From the IMG/VR virus record IMGVR_UViG_3300021091_000016: 64,000 nt of DNA; one strand, written 5' to 3'. This stretch comes from a virus. The translations under genes were made by a program, and so were the position numbers. Under the pieces are notes generated by a model. The model made no database searches and was not told where the DNA came from. It saw only the letters and a list, made by a program, of their open reading frames with translations. Below are positions 49,149 through 61,200 of the stretch, piece by piece. The stretch's first letter is position 1; each line of letters starts with the position of its first letter.

Positions 49149-49151
49149 TTG

Positions 49152-51311
49152 TTATCCCTTTGTAAAATAATTTTTTGTTAAATCAGAGTATATACCATCT
49201 AATATAGCATCAGACAAATTTAAACTCGATATAGAATTGCACTCTTCAGGGTCTATATGCATTTTTTTACCAGTTTTTGTATCAGTTATAGTTAAATATT
49301 CCTTAAATGCTCCAGTAGGATTATTTAAACTTGGATTTAATGGATTCTGAACAATAGTATCATAGTTACTATTGTAGACATCCTTTATTATATTGTTTAC
49401 TAATGCTGGATTTTGTTTGAATTTCTTACAATCAGTGAGTCCATTCTTTATTAAATTCCAAATCAATCTAACAAATCTTATTAAATGCATAAGCTCTAAT
49501 ATAGAACCGGTTATTTGAATATCGGTATCTAGTGTTTCAGATACAAAAACAGTTAAAGCCTTTACTGAATTTATTACGCCGGCAATAAAATCATTTACAT
49601 ATTTTTTTGCTTTTTTAAGCTCTGCAATTACCTGCTCTAAGAATTGATTAATTGGATTTTGAGTAGTATAGTCCCTTAGCATTGTAGAACGAAATTCAGT
49701 AATAGAATCATTTGGGATATATTCTACTTTATTCTCTACACCATAGGTAGCTAAAAATGGGTCTGTAGATTCCTTTATCTTTTTATTTAAATTATTAATT
49801 GTTTCTATTTTACTTACTCCAACTGCTCTCTTTACTGGAGTAGAGGTTAGCTTTGCAAAGCTTTCTCTTCTTTTCGCTTGTTCCTTTAAAGCTGAGTCCC
49901 CGTCTTTTAAACGTTGAAAGTTTTCAATAAATTTATTTAAATTTGGAGAATTAGGATCATTAGATTCAAACAAAATATCAGTACGAAAAAAGCTGTCTGG
50001 GCTAACAAAATAACAGTATTCATCAAAATTATTTCCAGCAGGATTTAAAGTTTCGACAGGTATTACACCTTTAGATACTAACTCTAATAATTCAATTAAT
50101 AAAAGATAAGCTTTATTTTCATAAGTCATAGCTCGATCAGCTTTAATTGAATTAATTTTATTTATAGCAGATTTTACATCACTTAAATCCTTGTCAGCTT
50201 CTTTTGGCTTTAAATTATCTAATAGGCTGTCAGATGTAGGTATAAATGTATTCTTTAGATTTTTTGGAGTGTTCACTACAGCATCTGCTGCTGATATCAT
50301 TTGATTTACTAGCTTATCTCCTAATGATAAATAATTCTTTATAAGATAATTAACGCCAGTAAAAGCGTTAATTAAACAATTTAATATTGGATTCACAATT
50401 TTAGGAACATTCTCAAGTGCAGATGTTAATGCACTTAAAACTGTTTTGATTAAAGGTAAAAACAAACCACTTAAATTCAAACGAATATTTAATAAATCAA
50501 AGCTATATTTCACAAATAAAGAGGGTAACATTAAAGCTAATGGAGGTAAATTCTTTGGGCATAAACCATTATTTTTAATCGCTTCAAGCAATGCACAAAT
50601 ACCTAGCATCGGTCCTTTTGGGTCTAATGCTGCATTCATCTTAGAAAGAAAATTTTTAATCTTACCTAGTATTTTAGAAAAATCAAAGGCCCACTCTAAT
50701 GAAGGTAAATGTAGTTCAAGCTTAAAATCAATAAAACAATCTAAACATTTTTCTAATCCAAAATTAGTTTTCCATCCAAATATATTTACTTTATCTGGTA
50801 TGCCATCTCCATTTGAATCAAAGCTAGCTAAATTATCATCTAAATATTTTGATATATTTTTATTTTTTATGAAATCTAAATTATATTTAAAATCATTGGT
50901 TGCTTTATATTTGAAGTTAAGCTTTGGAGTCTTTTTGGGAGTGTAGCTATACATATCATTGAAGTCTACCTCCACTTGAGATTCAAACTTATTAGCAATT
51001 AAACTAGAATCATTTGTAATTTGCTTTCCATCAATTGTGCACTCCTGAAAGAATAAGCTTTTTTTCTTTTTATCTACTGGCTCGTAAACCTTTGTATTTT
51101 CTTTTTCCTCTTTTATAAGCTTAGCTATTTCCGCAACTGATAAACCAAAACCTAATTCACCTGTTTCTACCGCAGCTTCCATAGTAATCAATTGATTCAT
51201 CATTAATATTTTAGGAGTTGTTTCTGTTTGAACTTTATTCAAGCTTAAAATTAATCCACGCTCATAAGCATTAATAAGCTCCATGACCGCAAGGTAGAAT
51301 CTTTCATCCAT
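49152..51311 (-). CDS. Hypothetical protein (719 aa) with amphipathic/hydrophobic helices and scattered Cys
   Basis: Long coupled ORF; no family recognised. Confidence 0.6.
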   Translation of the reverse strand: MDERFYLAVMELINAYERGLILSLNKVQTETTPKILMMNQLITMEAAVETGELGFGLSVAEIAKLIKEEKENTKVYEPVDKKKKSLFFQECTIDGKQITNDSSLIANKFESQVEVDFNDMYSYTPKKTPKLNFKYKATNDFKYNLDFIKNKNISKYLDDNLASFDSNGDGIPDKVNIFGWKTNFGLEKCLDCFIDFKLELHLPSLEWAFDFSKILGKIKNFLSKMNAALDPKGPMLGICALLEAIKNNGLCPKNLPPLALMLPSLFVKYSFDLLNIRLNLSGLFLPLIKTVLSALTSALENVPKIVNPILNCLINAFTGVNYLIKNYLSLGDKLVNQMISAADAVVNTPKNLKNTFIPTSDSLLDNLKPKEADKDLSDVKSAINKINSIKADRAMTYENKAYLLLIELLELVSKGVIPVETLNPAGNNFDEYCYFVSPDSFFRTDILFESNDPNSPNLNKFIENFQRLKDGDSALKEQAKRRESFAKLTSTPVKRAVGVSKIETINNLNKKIKESTDPFLATYGVENKVEYIPNDSITEFRSTMLRDYTTQNPINQFLEQVIAELKKAKKYVNDFIAGVINSVKALTVFVSETLDTDIQITGSILELMHLIRFVRLIWNLIKNGLTDCKKFKQNPALVNNIIKDVYNSNYDTIVQNPLNPSLNNPTGAFKEYLTITDTKTGKKMHIDPEECNSISSLNLSDAILDGIYSDLTKNYFTKG

Positions 51312-51595
51312 TATTTTATATCCTTATATTTTTTCCTATTACTAGATGATTTCTTTAAATTAGCTTCATACTCATTAGCTAATTTAATTGCATTCTGTTC
51401 ATTGTCTAAAACTGAGGAAGCATTAGTTACACTTAATAATGATAGCATTTCCAGCATCATATCCTTTAAATCTTCCTTAGTTACAAAATCGCGAGCAATC
51501 TTTTTGAATAGCTTCTCGTATTGTTCCTCTAGGATATTATCCTCTTTAGCAGATTCTAAGGTTTCGCCCTTGGATAGCTTATTCAAAAATGTCAT
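51311..51595 (-). CDS. Hypothetical protein (94 aa)
   Basis: GAGGA SD; TAATG coupling to the next gene. Confidence 0.6.
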   Translation of the reverse strand: MTFLNKLSKGETLESAKEDNILEEQYEKLFKKIARDFVTKEDLKDMMLEMLSLLSVTNASSVLDNEQNAIKLANEYEANLKKSSSNRKKYKDIK

Positions 51596-52079
51596 TTTCT
51601 TCCTCTAGTAATAAATTTATCTGTTCATTTATTTCTATCTGCTTTTTTAATTCAAGTAAAACTATATAATCCTCATAGGTTATTTTTGTTTTTGAAGTAT
51701 TAAATACCTCAATTGCTGCTCTTTTAAGTGATTCATTCTTAGAGATATCTAATGAATATTTGTCATTTTGAGATAAAATGTCATCATGCATTGCGGCTTT
51801 AAAATCAAATATCTCTTTACGTATCAATGGAGAATCTTGCTTTAAAGCATCTATAAAAAATAAAGCTTTTTTAGAATCAATATCTGTTAAAGGAATCTCG
51901 GGATTCTCTCTAGACTTTCTTAAGATTTGTTCTATTTCTGGCAACGTAGTAGATTCTACTTGCTCTTGAACTTCCTCAAGCTTGGCTTTTTGATAAGAAT
52001 TTTCTGCAAAATTCTTAAACAATTTACCATAATCTAAATTTAATTTATTATTATATATGTCTTTAAATATATCAGACAT
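51579..52079 (-). CDS. Hypothetical protein (166 aa)
   Basis: TAATG coupling; helical, charged sequence. Confidence 0.6.
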   Translation of the reverse strand: MSDIFKDIYNNKLNLDYGKLFKNFAENSYQKAKLEEVQEQVESTTLPEIEQILRKSRENPEIPLTDIDSKKALFFIDALKQDSPLIRKEIFDFKAAMHDDILSQNDKYSLDISKNESLKRAAIEVFNTSKTKITYEDYIVLLELKKQIEINEQINLLLEEENDIFE

Positions 52080-52486
52080 TATACACTCTCTTCATAACTC
52101 AAGGTTAAACCTAAATCAATCTTTATAGTAGCTAGAGTTTGACCAGGACAATAAACTCTTAACCATACCGATTTATAATCTTGATTTGAAATATTAGGTA
52201 TTACACATTTTTCATTTATAGGAATTTCATTCCATTGCTTTTCTGATGGCTGTGCAGATGTATATGCAAGCTTAATAGACCAACCACTTGGAGATAAAAT
52301 CATGTCGCCTATTAAATCCGGAATTACAGGCTTTAATTCTATATTAGAATGAGTGTTTGTATTATCAGCCTTTACCAATAATTGAAGCTGATAATCACCA
52401 CCAGTATAGCCATTATGATTCGTTACAATATAATCAGTAAGATTATTAATTTCTATTTGTGATGCATCATATAATTTTAATGTCAT
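52079..52486 (-). CDS. Hypothetical beta-rich protein (135 aa), possibly structural
   Basis: ATGA/TAATG coupling; GWSIKL and VWLRVYCPG motifs. Confidence 0.55.
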   Translation of the reverse strand: MTLKLYDASQIEINNLTDYIVTNHNGYTGGDYQLQLLVKADNTNTHSNIELKPVIPDLIGDMILSPSGWSIKLAYTSAQPSEKQWNEIPINEKCVIPNISNQDYKSVWLRVYCPGQTLATIKIDLGLTLSYEESV

Positions 52487-54825
52487 ATTCTATTTCCTCT
52501 GTTTGCATTAAATCCACGGCGCTTATCTTTTTTATTCCCAGTAAAAGCAACACCTGCTAATGCCGCACCAGATAATGTCATGGTTCGAGTTTGTAACCCT
52601 ATACTAGCGGTACCAAAATTTTTAGTCAAGGTGTCTTTATAATAGTTGTCTACAAAGCCTAAATCATCCTTATTCAATTTAGCTATTTGCTCAAAGTTTT
52701 CATTCAATGCAGCAGGATTATTTCCAGCTTTATATTTATCCTTTAATAAACCCTTCATCATTCCAGATTGAATATTATCAGAATATGCGCCTACTGCTTT
52801 TTTTACACCTACACCCATTGCACCACCTGCAACACCCATTATAAAGCCTTCCTCAGGATTATCATATAAAGCATAGCCTAAACCAGCACCAACAGCACCT
52901 GAGCCTAATATCTTTGCAATAGAGGTTTTATCACTTTCTAGTGCAGCGGCAAAGCTACTATGTGGCTTTGTTGTCATTGCTGATTGATTATGCGCAGCCG
53001 CAGCAATAGGATTAAACCCTTCCTTTATATTTTGATCATACTGAGTTTTATAAGCATTATAGCTAGTGTCATCCAACATAGGATTAGACAATAACCGTTT
53101 CATTGGTTCTGTTTTTCCACCATGTGAAGCAATAACTTCGTCTAAAGTTTGCCCTTTTATATTCTTGCCAGATTTATCAAAATTTGTAGGGTTTACTTCT
53201 TTTGCAAAAAGATCAACTTTATCAACTTCTACTCCAAAATCCTGAGCTACTTTCTTTTCGTAAGCACCAACGCCTACAGACTCTAAGGATTTGTTATACT
53301 GTTCTTTTAATGCTTCTGCTTTTTTTGCCGCTTCGTCTGCTTGTTGGGTTGCTGCTGCTTGGGTGCTAACAGAAGCTTGTTGTTGTACAGTTGCTTGCGC
53401 TGAGATTTGCGGTGGAGTAGATATAACTGGTTGTGTAGCTTGAGGGGTATTAACAGATTGCGATGCAATTGTTGTTGTAGATGGCGCGGTTTGCGGTGCT
53501 GAAACATTTACGACTACAGGTTGATCGACATTCACAGTTGATTGGTCAAATGAATCATCTGCAGTAGCAAAACCTACCTCTGTTTTTTCGGATTGAGGAT
53601 ACATCTCATCTGCTTCATCTAAAATTTTAGCTTGCTGTGTTTGTGTTTGTACCTCTACTTGACTGGTTGTTTCAGGTTGACTAACATTCTTACTAACATC
53701 GTCAGTGCTAGTGATTACAGGTTGTTCTACAATTACAGTTTCAGGATTAACATTATCTACCTGAGATACTGTAGCTTGCACTGGAGGAGGCGGAGGAGCT
53801 TTAACGATTGGTCTAACTCTATCAGGATTAGCTGCTTTGTAAGCAGGAAAAATATTTTCAATTTCACTTTCAGTTAATCTATGATTCATATGCTCAAATA
53901 ATTCACCATTATGTTCATAAGTTTTATACTCTATACGATCCATCTCCTTGACTGGAATTCCCACATCTTCATTAGCACGGGTATTTAAAAATTTTAATTC
54001 TTCTTCAGTTCTGTTTTGATAAGGACTAAATCTATTAAAGTTTTCGTTAGATAAATCTCGAGTAACTTGCGGCTGCATACTTTCAACTACACTCTCTGCA
54101 CTAGATTTTGCTTGAGATGCTGTAGTGTTGCTAACTTCTGTTAGTTGTGGTTTCATTTTATTAAATGCAGCTATTTGAGCCTCAGTAGTATTGTATCTGG
54201 CATTTAAAGCAGAACGCTCAGCCTCTTCAACTGAATCCTCTAAATTTGACTTTAAATATTTTGTATCTCCTGTCTCTAAATAATGTTTAAAACCTCTGTG
54301 CATTCCAGTATCTTGTGCTTGAATTGCATTCCCTAATCTTATATCGTCTGGGGATATTTCTTTTGATAAATTAGCCGCTAATACTTCCGGGTTAAAATTT
54401 TTCGAATTGATTTCCTTTATATGACTAATGTTAACATTTCCCGTACCGTATTTTTTAAATTTTTCTATATCTTTGTACTCAGTGTTAAAATCTGAACTTC
54501 GAGACTTTGGCATGTTAGCCGCTTGCTCCTGTTTGCCAAAGTGACTATTTTCAAAAGCTTCTAACTGCGTATCCACGTATTCATTAAATCTTTGGGGATT
54601 GCCATTTGCATAAAGTGGTGCTTCTGTCTCTACTTTTCCCAAGGTGCTATTGAAAATTTTTTGTCTGGATCCATAATCCTCCATGTTCTTTAAAGAACCT
54701 ACAGCACTTTGACGCGCATTATACATCGCAATCATTGCTTCTTCGCCAGTTTTAACTCCCGAAGATACCTCTTTCGCTATGCTTTTTACAGCGGTCGCAA
54801 ACTCTTTTGCTATTGCTATTGACAT
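52483..54825 (-). CDS. Low-complexity protein (780 aa) with C-terminal Gly-rich hydrophobic segments; candidate internal/ejected protein
   Basis: Q/T/S/P-rich middle (PPPPP, TQAAATQQ); ILGSGAVGAGLGYALY, FIMGVAGGAMGVGV, LSGAALAGVAF. Confidence 0.55.
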   Translation of the reverse strand: MSIAIAKEFATAVKSIAKEVSSGVKTGEEAMIAMYNARQSAVGSLKNMEDYGSRQKIFNSTLGKVETEAPLYANGNPQRFNEYVDTQLEAFENSHFGKQEQAANMPKSRSSDFNTEYKDIEKFKKYGTGNVNISHIKEINSKNFNPEVLAANLSKEISPDDIRLGNAIQAQDTGMHRGFKHYLETGDTKYLKSNLEDSVEEAERSALNARYNTTEAQIAAFNKMKPQLTEVSNTTASQAKSSAESVVESMQPQVTRDLSNENFNRFSPYQNRTEEELKFLNTRANEDVGIPVKEMDRIEYKTYEHNGELFEHMNHRLTESEIENIFPAYKAANPDRVRPIVKAPPPPPVQATVSQVDNVNPETVIVEQPVITSTDDVSKNVSQPETTSQVEVQTQTQQAKILDEADEMYPQSEKTEVGFATADDSFDQSTVNVDQPVVVNVSAPQTAPSTTTIASQSVNTPQATQPVISTPPQISAQATVQQQASVSTQAAATQQADEAAKKAEALKEQYNKSLESVGVGAYEKKVAQDFGVEVDKVDLFAKEVNPTNFDKSGKNIKGQTLDEVIASHGGKTEPMKRLLSNPMLDDTSYNAYKTQYDQNIKEGFNPIAAAAHNQSAMTTKPHSSFAAALESDKTSIAKILGSGAVGAGLGYALYDNPEEGFIMGVAGGAMGVGVKKAVGAYSDNIQSGMMKGLLKDKYKAGNNPAALNENFEQIAKLNKDDLGFVDNYYKDTLTKNFGTASIGLQTRTMTLSGAALAGVAFTGNKKDKRRGFNANRGNRI

Positions 54826-57026
54826 TACCAGCTCCTATTCTTTGAGCCAAAACGTCCTCTTTTTTGAGAAACCCCAAACGAAGACATACTGTTTTGACTA
54901 GGGTTATTTTTCCAATTCTCTATACCATCTAGTATAGAAGGTTGCTTTTCTTTAATCAAATTACGACCAGATTGCTTAGTATTAGATTGATATGCAGGTA
55001 AACCATCCTGCCTATAGATATCCTTTACTGCCTTGTCTTCCTCTATCGAACCGTTACCTCGCATTATTTTTAATACATTCACTTGTCCTGGAAATGCTTT
55101 TTTCTGCGCATCAAATAGCTTACTATCAGCTTCATCATGTGGAGATATGTAAGTGCTTGCATGCTCTCCTTTTTTATGGAAGCTAGGTACTGATAGCATA
55201 TTAGTTTTACCAGCATAAACAGATTCCTCTAATACTAAAGCTCCAAGAGCAAGCATTAAAGCATCTAATCTATGGTCTCCAATTCTATCATTATTCATAC
55301 CGTACACTGGTTTACCTGTTGTTGGATGTCGTTTTGCAATAACATAATTTTGTAGCTGTGCTCTTAGCTTTTCATCATCTGCTGGGAAAATAAAATTACT
55401 GTCTTCAAAAACTCTTTGCGCGTTTTCTACTAAAAAGTTTTTCCCAGGCTTTTTAATTACATCATTTGTAACAGGGTCTTTTAGCTCTACCATCTTAGAG
55501 AAATTAAATGCAGTTAATCTTTCTGGAATTAAAACAGTCTCAACATCTATTGCAGTTTTGTTTGGTTTTTGCCTAAGTCTATACGCCTCGTATCTTAAAT
55601 CTTCAATAATAGTATGTCCATAGCCTTCATCTGCATAGATATAATTAGGCTTCCATTTATAATTTAATTTAATCAACTCAGCAATCCATTTCCTAGCAGA
55701 ATATTCCTCGTGAGGAATATTAATTGCATCTAACGCTACCCACATCTGAGCCATTGGAAAATAACCTACAACATAAAATTCTGTTCCGGCATTTTTATTC
55801 CAGTCAATGCCAATTGCTATAGAACGATTATTCGAGCCTGCAATACCTAATTTATTTGTCAAGAATGCACTTGAGCTAGTATCCAAATAGCTATAATCAA
55901 TTCTTGCTTTTTGAATCCAATCTGCTTTAAATACACCATCCTCGGAATCTATAAAAACCGCCATATATTCCGCCATAAAAGATTCCTTAGTAGAGTCTCT
56001 AAGTATTTCCTCTTTAATTTTCTCCCAGTGAGGTATTACACTTGAAGGATGAAAATCCTCTTTAAAATCTGCACGCTCTAAGCACCATTCATAAAACTTA
56101 GATTTCTTACCAATTGGTGTTGATGTAGCTATAAGCATTGTATCTGGTGTAGTAGCTAAAATAGGATTGATTACTTTATCTAATACGTCCTTTGGAATCA
56201 TATCCATTTCATCTAGATAAACTATATCTGCAGACTGACCACGCATAGTACCACCACCAGAGCCATCCTGACGCATACCAATACCTGAAACAAAGCCTTG
56301 TATAGTTGCTTGAGATTTAAACTCCATTTTAAAGGTAGGAGTTTTAATATAAAGATTATCTCCAGTACCGCTGGTAACCTCACTTCTTAGCTCGTAATTA
56401 CGTTTAATTAGCTTTTCCATTTCTTCAAAAATTGTAGTTAATTGAGCCTGATATGGAGTTACTATCATTATACTTGGACCAAGCATAACCTCGTTGCCCT
56501 GAAGGTCTCTACCCTTATTTACCTTCAAATTAAACGCATAATAAAGTAGCTTAAGCGCACTCATAAAGGTTTTACCAGAACGACGCCCCTCTCTAATTGC
56601 AATACGCTTAGAGCTACATCTAAGCTGTTCCTTTTGATATGCTCTTAGCTTCCATTTAGGGTCTTCATCATTGAAGCCAAACATTAATTCAGCCCATGCT
56701 ACAGGGTCTATTGTAGCTAATAATATCTTTTTAGCTTGTTCCTTTGGCACACCACTCTTTTGTACAATCTCGTCTAGCTTAGATGCACTGCCAGGAGGTA
56801 AACCTCTAGGGATACCCTTACATGGGATTATAAAATCCTTTTGCTCAGGATATTTAGCGGCCTGTCTTATTTGACAGCTGATGCAGGTTTTATGCACATC
56901 TGTACGAATATTATAATTTTCTTTATAATATTCGATTACATCCTCTGGTATCTCTGCATTTACTTTATGATGAGTCACACCATATTCATTTGTTTCATAC
57001 AAGAAATCTATGTCCGGTTTTTTCAT
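54825..57026 (-). CDS. terL: Terminase large subunit (733 aa)
   Basis: Q motif AYQKE, Walker A GRRSGKT, Walker B IVYLDE, motif III TSTP, nuclease IGIDWN and DHRLDA. Confidence 0.95.
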   Translation of the reverse strand: MKKPDIDFLYETNEYGVTHHKVNAEIPEDVIEYYKENYNIRTDVHKTCISCQIRQAAKYPEQKDFIIPCKGIPRGLPPGSASKLDEIVQKSGVPKEQAKKILLATIDPVAWAELMFGFNDEDPKWKLRAYQKEQLRCSSKRIAIREGRRSGKTFMSALKLLYYAFNLKVNKGRDLQGNEVMLGPSIMIVTPYQAQLTTIFEEMEKLIKRNYELRSEVTSGTGDNLYIKTPTFKMEFKSQATIQGFVSGIGMRQDGSGGGTMRGQSADIVYLDEMDMIPKDVLDKVINPILATTPDTMLIATSTPIGKKSKFYEWCLERADFKEDFHPSSVIPHWEKIKEEILRDSTKESFMAEYMAVFIDSEDGVFKADWIQKARIDYSYLDTSSSAFLTNKLGIAGSNNRSIAIGIDWNKNAGTEFYVVGYFPMAQMWVALDAINIPHEEYSARKWIAELIKLNYKWKPNYIYADEGYGHTIIEDLRYEAYRLRQKPNKTAIDVETVLIPERLTAFNFSKMVELKDPVTNDVIKKPGKNFLVENAQRVFEDSNFIFPADDEKLRAQLQNYVIAKRHPTTGKPVYGMNNDRIGDHRLDALMLALGALVLEESVYAGKTNMLSVPSFHKKGEHASTYISPHDEADSKLFDAQKKAFPGQVNVLKIMRGNGSIEEDKAVKDIYRQDGLPAYQSNTKQSGRNLIKEKQPSILDGIENWKNNPSQNSMSSFGVSQKRGRFGSKNRSW

Positions 57027-58234
57027 TAAAGTCTTCCTATGTTTGAAAAATAATCTCTATTCATATGTATTATCGATGCTTCATTTCCTAAAGCCGATCT
57101 ACTATTTGTATGAGAACTATTCATTGCTTGCAAGGCTCTTTGACGCATAGTCACTGCATTTCTACTAAAATAGGGCTGTACATCTCCTGCAGTATCTAAC
57201 CTGGGTCTATTTGCACTGTTGCGTCTCATTGTTTCAGAAAACAAATGAGAGCTCACCGTACCCATAATTGCAGATGCACCAAATATCGTTGCAGAAACTG
57301 CTAAGCTACCAATACTAGAAAACGCAGCACCACCTATTGCAGCACCACCTATTGCACCAAATATACCGCCTGCAGCTCCTAGCATAGTTGAATTATCCGC
57401 ACCTAACATAGCTGAAAAGGATTCACCTAAAAACTTACCTGCTGAATACCCAGCACTAGCACCCATGCTTGCACCTATCATCGGCGCTGCAACACCTAGT
57501 ATTCTATCTACAAAGGGTACAGCCTTAACACTACCTATACTACCAATTCTAAAAAAGGAATTAGGATTAGAAACCTTATAAGCTCGAGCCTGATCAGTTA
57601 AACCTTTAGACATGTTTGCTTCATTATAAAATCCAAGTCTTTGCTCTGCAGTAAAACCAGCATTAGACAGTACACTTGCTTGCTGTGCTGCGGTGTATTG
57701 TCCTAAGGCTTTAACCTGATAGGAATTTTCTAAACCAAAATGCAAACCTATACCGTAAGAAGTAACACCACCAAATAAACCTTCTACACCACCCTCTTGA
57801 TAGCTACTATAACCAGTGTAAAGAAGCCCAGCTGCATTAACCCCAGCAAACAATTTACCAATATTAATTGGAGTGTTTCCTGCTACACCTAATCTCCGAG
57901 TGCTATTAAGTATTGCATTATCTAACTCTTGGGCTGATTTCATAGAGTTAGCCATATTCATTAGCTTGCCTTCCTTACCACTAAAATTAGGAAAAACCTT
58001 AATATCTTTAAAGTTTACTCCACCACCCATAGCCTCGTCATAAATTAAAGGCATCAAGCTAGTACTATTGGTAACATTACCTACAAATGGCATAGAGCCA
58101 ACTGCAGCACTAAAAAAGCTATTTTGTAATACGCTAAATTGACTTGCTGCAATTGCACCAATTCCTGCAACACCTAAAGCGTTACTAATTACGTCCCTAG
58201 TACTTAAGCCTTCTTCGTCTCTTGGATTACTCAT
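57026..58234 (-). CDS. Gly/Ala-rich membrane-type protein (402 aa); candidate ejected protein
   Basis: Long glycine-zipper stretches (GAAGGIFGAIGGAAIGGAAF); C-terminal TMRQRALQAM...SRSALGNEA. Confidence 0.55.
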   Translation of the reverse strand: MSNPRDEEGLSTRDVISNALGVAGIGAIAASQFSVLQNSFFSAAVGSMPFVGNVTNSTSLMPLIYDEAMGGGVNFKDIKVFPNFSGKEGKLMNMANSMKSAQELDNAILNSTRRLGVAGNTPINIGKLFAGVNAAGLLYTGYSSYQEGGVEGLFGGVTSYGIGLHFGLENSYQVKALGQYTAAQQASVLSNAGFTAEQRLGFYNEANMSKGLTDQARAYKVSNPNSFFRIGSIGSVKAVPFVDRILGVAAPMIGASMGASAGYSAGKFLGESFSAMLGADNSTMLGAAGGIFGAIGGAAIGGAAFSSIGSLAVSATIFGASAIMGTVSSHLFSETMRRNSANRPRLDTAGDVQPYFSRNAVTMRQRALQAMNSSHTNSRSALGNEASIIHMNRDYFSNIGRL

Positions 58235-58236
58235 AT

Positions 58237-61200
58237 TTACATCCTATTGTGTTGTATTGGATTTGCCTTTAAGCTACGGTTAGCATTATGCTGTAATGCT
58301 TCCATTTGTCTTATTCTTGCGGCTTTATTTCTATTACTAGCTGCTGGCATAGCAGCATGACTTACTGGATTTCTAGTAGCTTCTATTAAAGCTATATTGT
58401 TATCAAGCATAGAACCATTATATTGTAGCTTGTTTGTTAATTGCTTTGAGCCTTTAGTTTCTATCAAACGCTTCAAATCATTTTGAAGCTCAGGTAAAAA
58501 TTCATTATGCCTTGCTGGATTTAAATGCATATCAATCGAACTATAGTCGTCCTGAAATGGCTTTCCAAATCTTTTATCCTGATAGGTTAACTGTAATCTT
58601 GCAGTTTGTAAAAAGTCTAGCTTACTTTTAGTTTTGGTTTGAGAGAATTTTATATCATTTACTATTTGCTCTATTTCCTGCTTATGCGCATCTGTAACCT
58701 TTGATTCCTTTTGAGCAGACAACATCACACCTAACATATTTGTTAAATTTGAATCTCTAGCGGCTTTATTATAATTAGCAAAGGTATTGAAGGTTACAGA
58801 TTGATTTGTTTGCTTATATATATCATTATATACCTGAAAGAATGGCTGACTAAACATACCTCTTCTAGATTCCATAGCATATTTTTGCGCCGCAGAAAAA
58901 GCTTTCTCATTATACATTTGCTCCTCACCCTTACCTTCGTATGGTAAGTAAGCAACTGCACCTCTCTTTAACAGCTCTAAATTTAAATTCTTATCTCCAG
59001 CCATCAAGGTAGCAACCTGACGACCATAGGTTACATTTGCTGGATCAAATACTAGGCTTAAGTCCTTTCCTTCATCTACCATTTGCTGAAGTATAGCCTT
59101 AGCCTGTTCTGCGTATGGCTGTGCTGCTCTATCATCATGTGCAGTTTCTGGAGCATCAATACCAGCTAAACGGAAGCTATAATTTCCACTACCCATAAAT
59201 TTAGCTAAAGCATTATCTGGAGTACCTCTTTTTTGAAGCGTAATAGTATCAGCATCCTCTACTGTAATGTCATAGCCATCCTTGAGATTTAACTTAACTA
59301 AATTCGCACCCTTAAGTGACATTGCTTCCTGAGGTGTTATAGCCTCTACGCTTGTAGGAAAGCTACGCATAGGCTCCTTGAATCTAGCACCTACAAAGCC
59401 TCGTAGCATAGTATATATATCACCCTTAGCTGTAAAATATCTTTCGGTAAATGCCGCGCGTGTATATTCTCTTCTTTCCTGCATTAGCTTTTGATCTTCA
59501 AATACTGCAAAGCTTATTCCTGGACCTTGATATGGAGAACCAAAGTCTGTCATTGCTTTACGTAATAATGGCGCAATACCCTGCTCTGACATACCTTCAG
59601 AGCTTGCATAGTATTTATCATTTAAACGTTTTCTAAACTCGTTCTCTCCACCAAAGAATTGTGCTTGGTTCTGAAACCAAGCATCAAAATCAGGAGATAA
59701 AATAGAATCTGGTTTTTCTGGTGTTTGCTGCAGACTCAAAGCCGCTAAACCTAAGACTCCAGCGCCATACATACCAAAGAACTTAGCACCAGCAGGACTA
59801 TCTAATAGCTGTGTATAGTATTTGTCTAATCCGTTATCAAAGCTTTCAGTAAGTATTTTATTTGCAATTTGATTACGCTCACTAGCATTTAATAATGGTA
59901 CCTGCTTAGAAACTCTTTCAAAGCTCTCTAAGCTTTCTACACCTGGAGTAACTGTTGGTTTTTGACTTAAATCTATAGGTGCTTCATATAGATGCTGTTT
60001 AAGCTCTGGCTCTGTTAATATAGGTACCTGTGCATTAGCAGTTCTAGGAAGCTGTTTGTAGCTTTCCTCTAGCTCTACATTTACTTGAGCATATTGCTTG
60101 GCCATTTGCTCAGTAGATAAATCCTTTGAATAGCTAGGATCAGCATATTCAGTACCATAGGATGTAATCACCTTACCTGTTTTTTGATAATCCTCAAAAT
60201 CTAACCTGTATTGCTCTAGGCTTTTGTTTCCATAAACATTTATAGAGTTAATATCTGATTCAAAGGCTAGCTGAGATTTACCAAAGGTGGAGCTTCTGAG
60301 TGCAGCCTGTTGAATTGATTTCTTTTGTAGATATGCAAAATTATTCTTATCTCTAGACAATATTTGCTCAGTAGTTAAGTTAGAGCCAGTGTCTGCATGA
60401 TGCTTGGATTCAAAAAAGGCTTCTACAAAATCTGTTTGATTTGGCACGCCAGCAGCTGTTCTAGTACCTGCTCCAGAGCCTATGGCTTCTCCACTATAAT
60501 ATGTAGCTCTTGCACTAGTTAATTCCTGTTCAGTAAATCCACTAGGAGTAGTACCATAGCCTGTAATTCTAGAATATTCATCTATTTCATTTAATACATT
60601 TAGTGAGTATTGCTTTTGATTACCAGTAGATAAAAGACTTGCAGTTTGCTTATGCTCCTGCGCCATGCTTAGGGCTTCACGTATTTGTTGAGCAACTCTT
60701 TGTTCTGCAGTACCCTTACTTATTTCTGCTTCAGGCTTTATAGGTAGTATTGAATCTGAATGAAATATTCTATCGACCTTTTGTAATAGCTGTTCCTTAT
60801 TTAGTACACTCGAAACCTTTTTAAAGCTTTGAATAGTATCGCTTGCAGTTTTCTCTCTATCAGTCGTAAATTTAACTAAAGCATTTCTTGTTGCTACAGC
60901 CTTTTCAGATTGGTCAGATTTATCTAAAAGCTCAGGTACAAATTCATAGGCATCTCTTGAGGTTTGATAAATAAAATTATTTGCTAATAGCTCCTGCTCA
61001 AGCTTTGCATAATCCTGTTCTCTATTCTTATAGCCATATAATGGATTATTTAATATTGATTGCTTGTACTCATGATAGCTTTGTATAAAATCTCTATCAT
61101 ATCCAGGACTTTGTACCTTTACTCTTTCTAAAAATGCATAATCAAAAATAGAAACCTGGTCTCTATATAATGGCTTTGCAATAATTCTAGATTGAGTTAC

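Noticed and set aside
54825-57026. Intein or intron in terL or other core genes
   Set aside because: Motif spacing looks normal and no splicing or homing-endonuclease motifs were seen.
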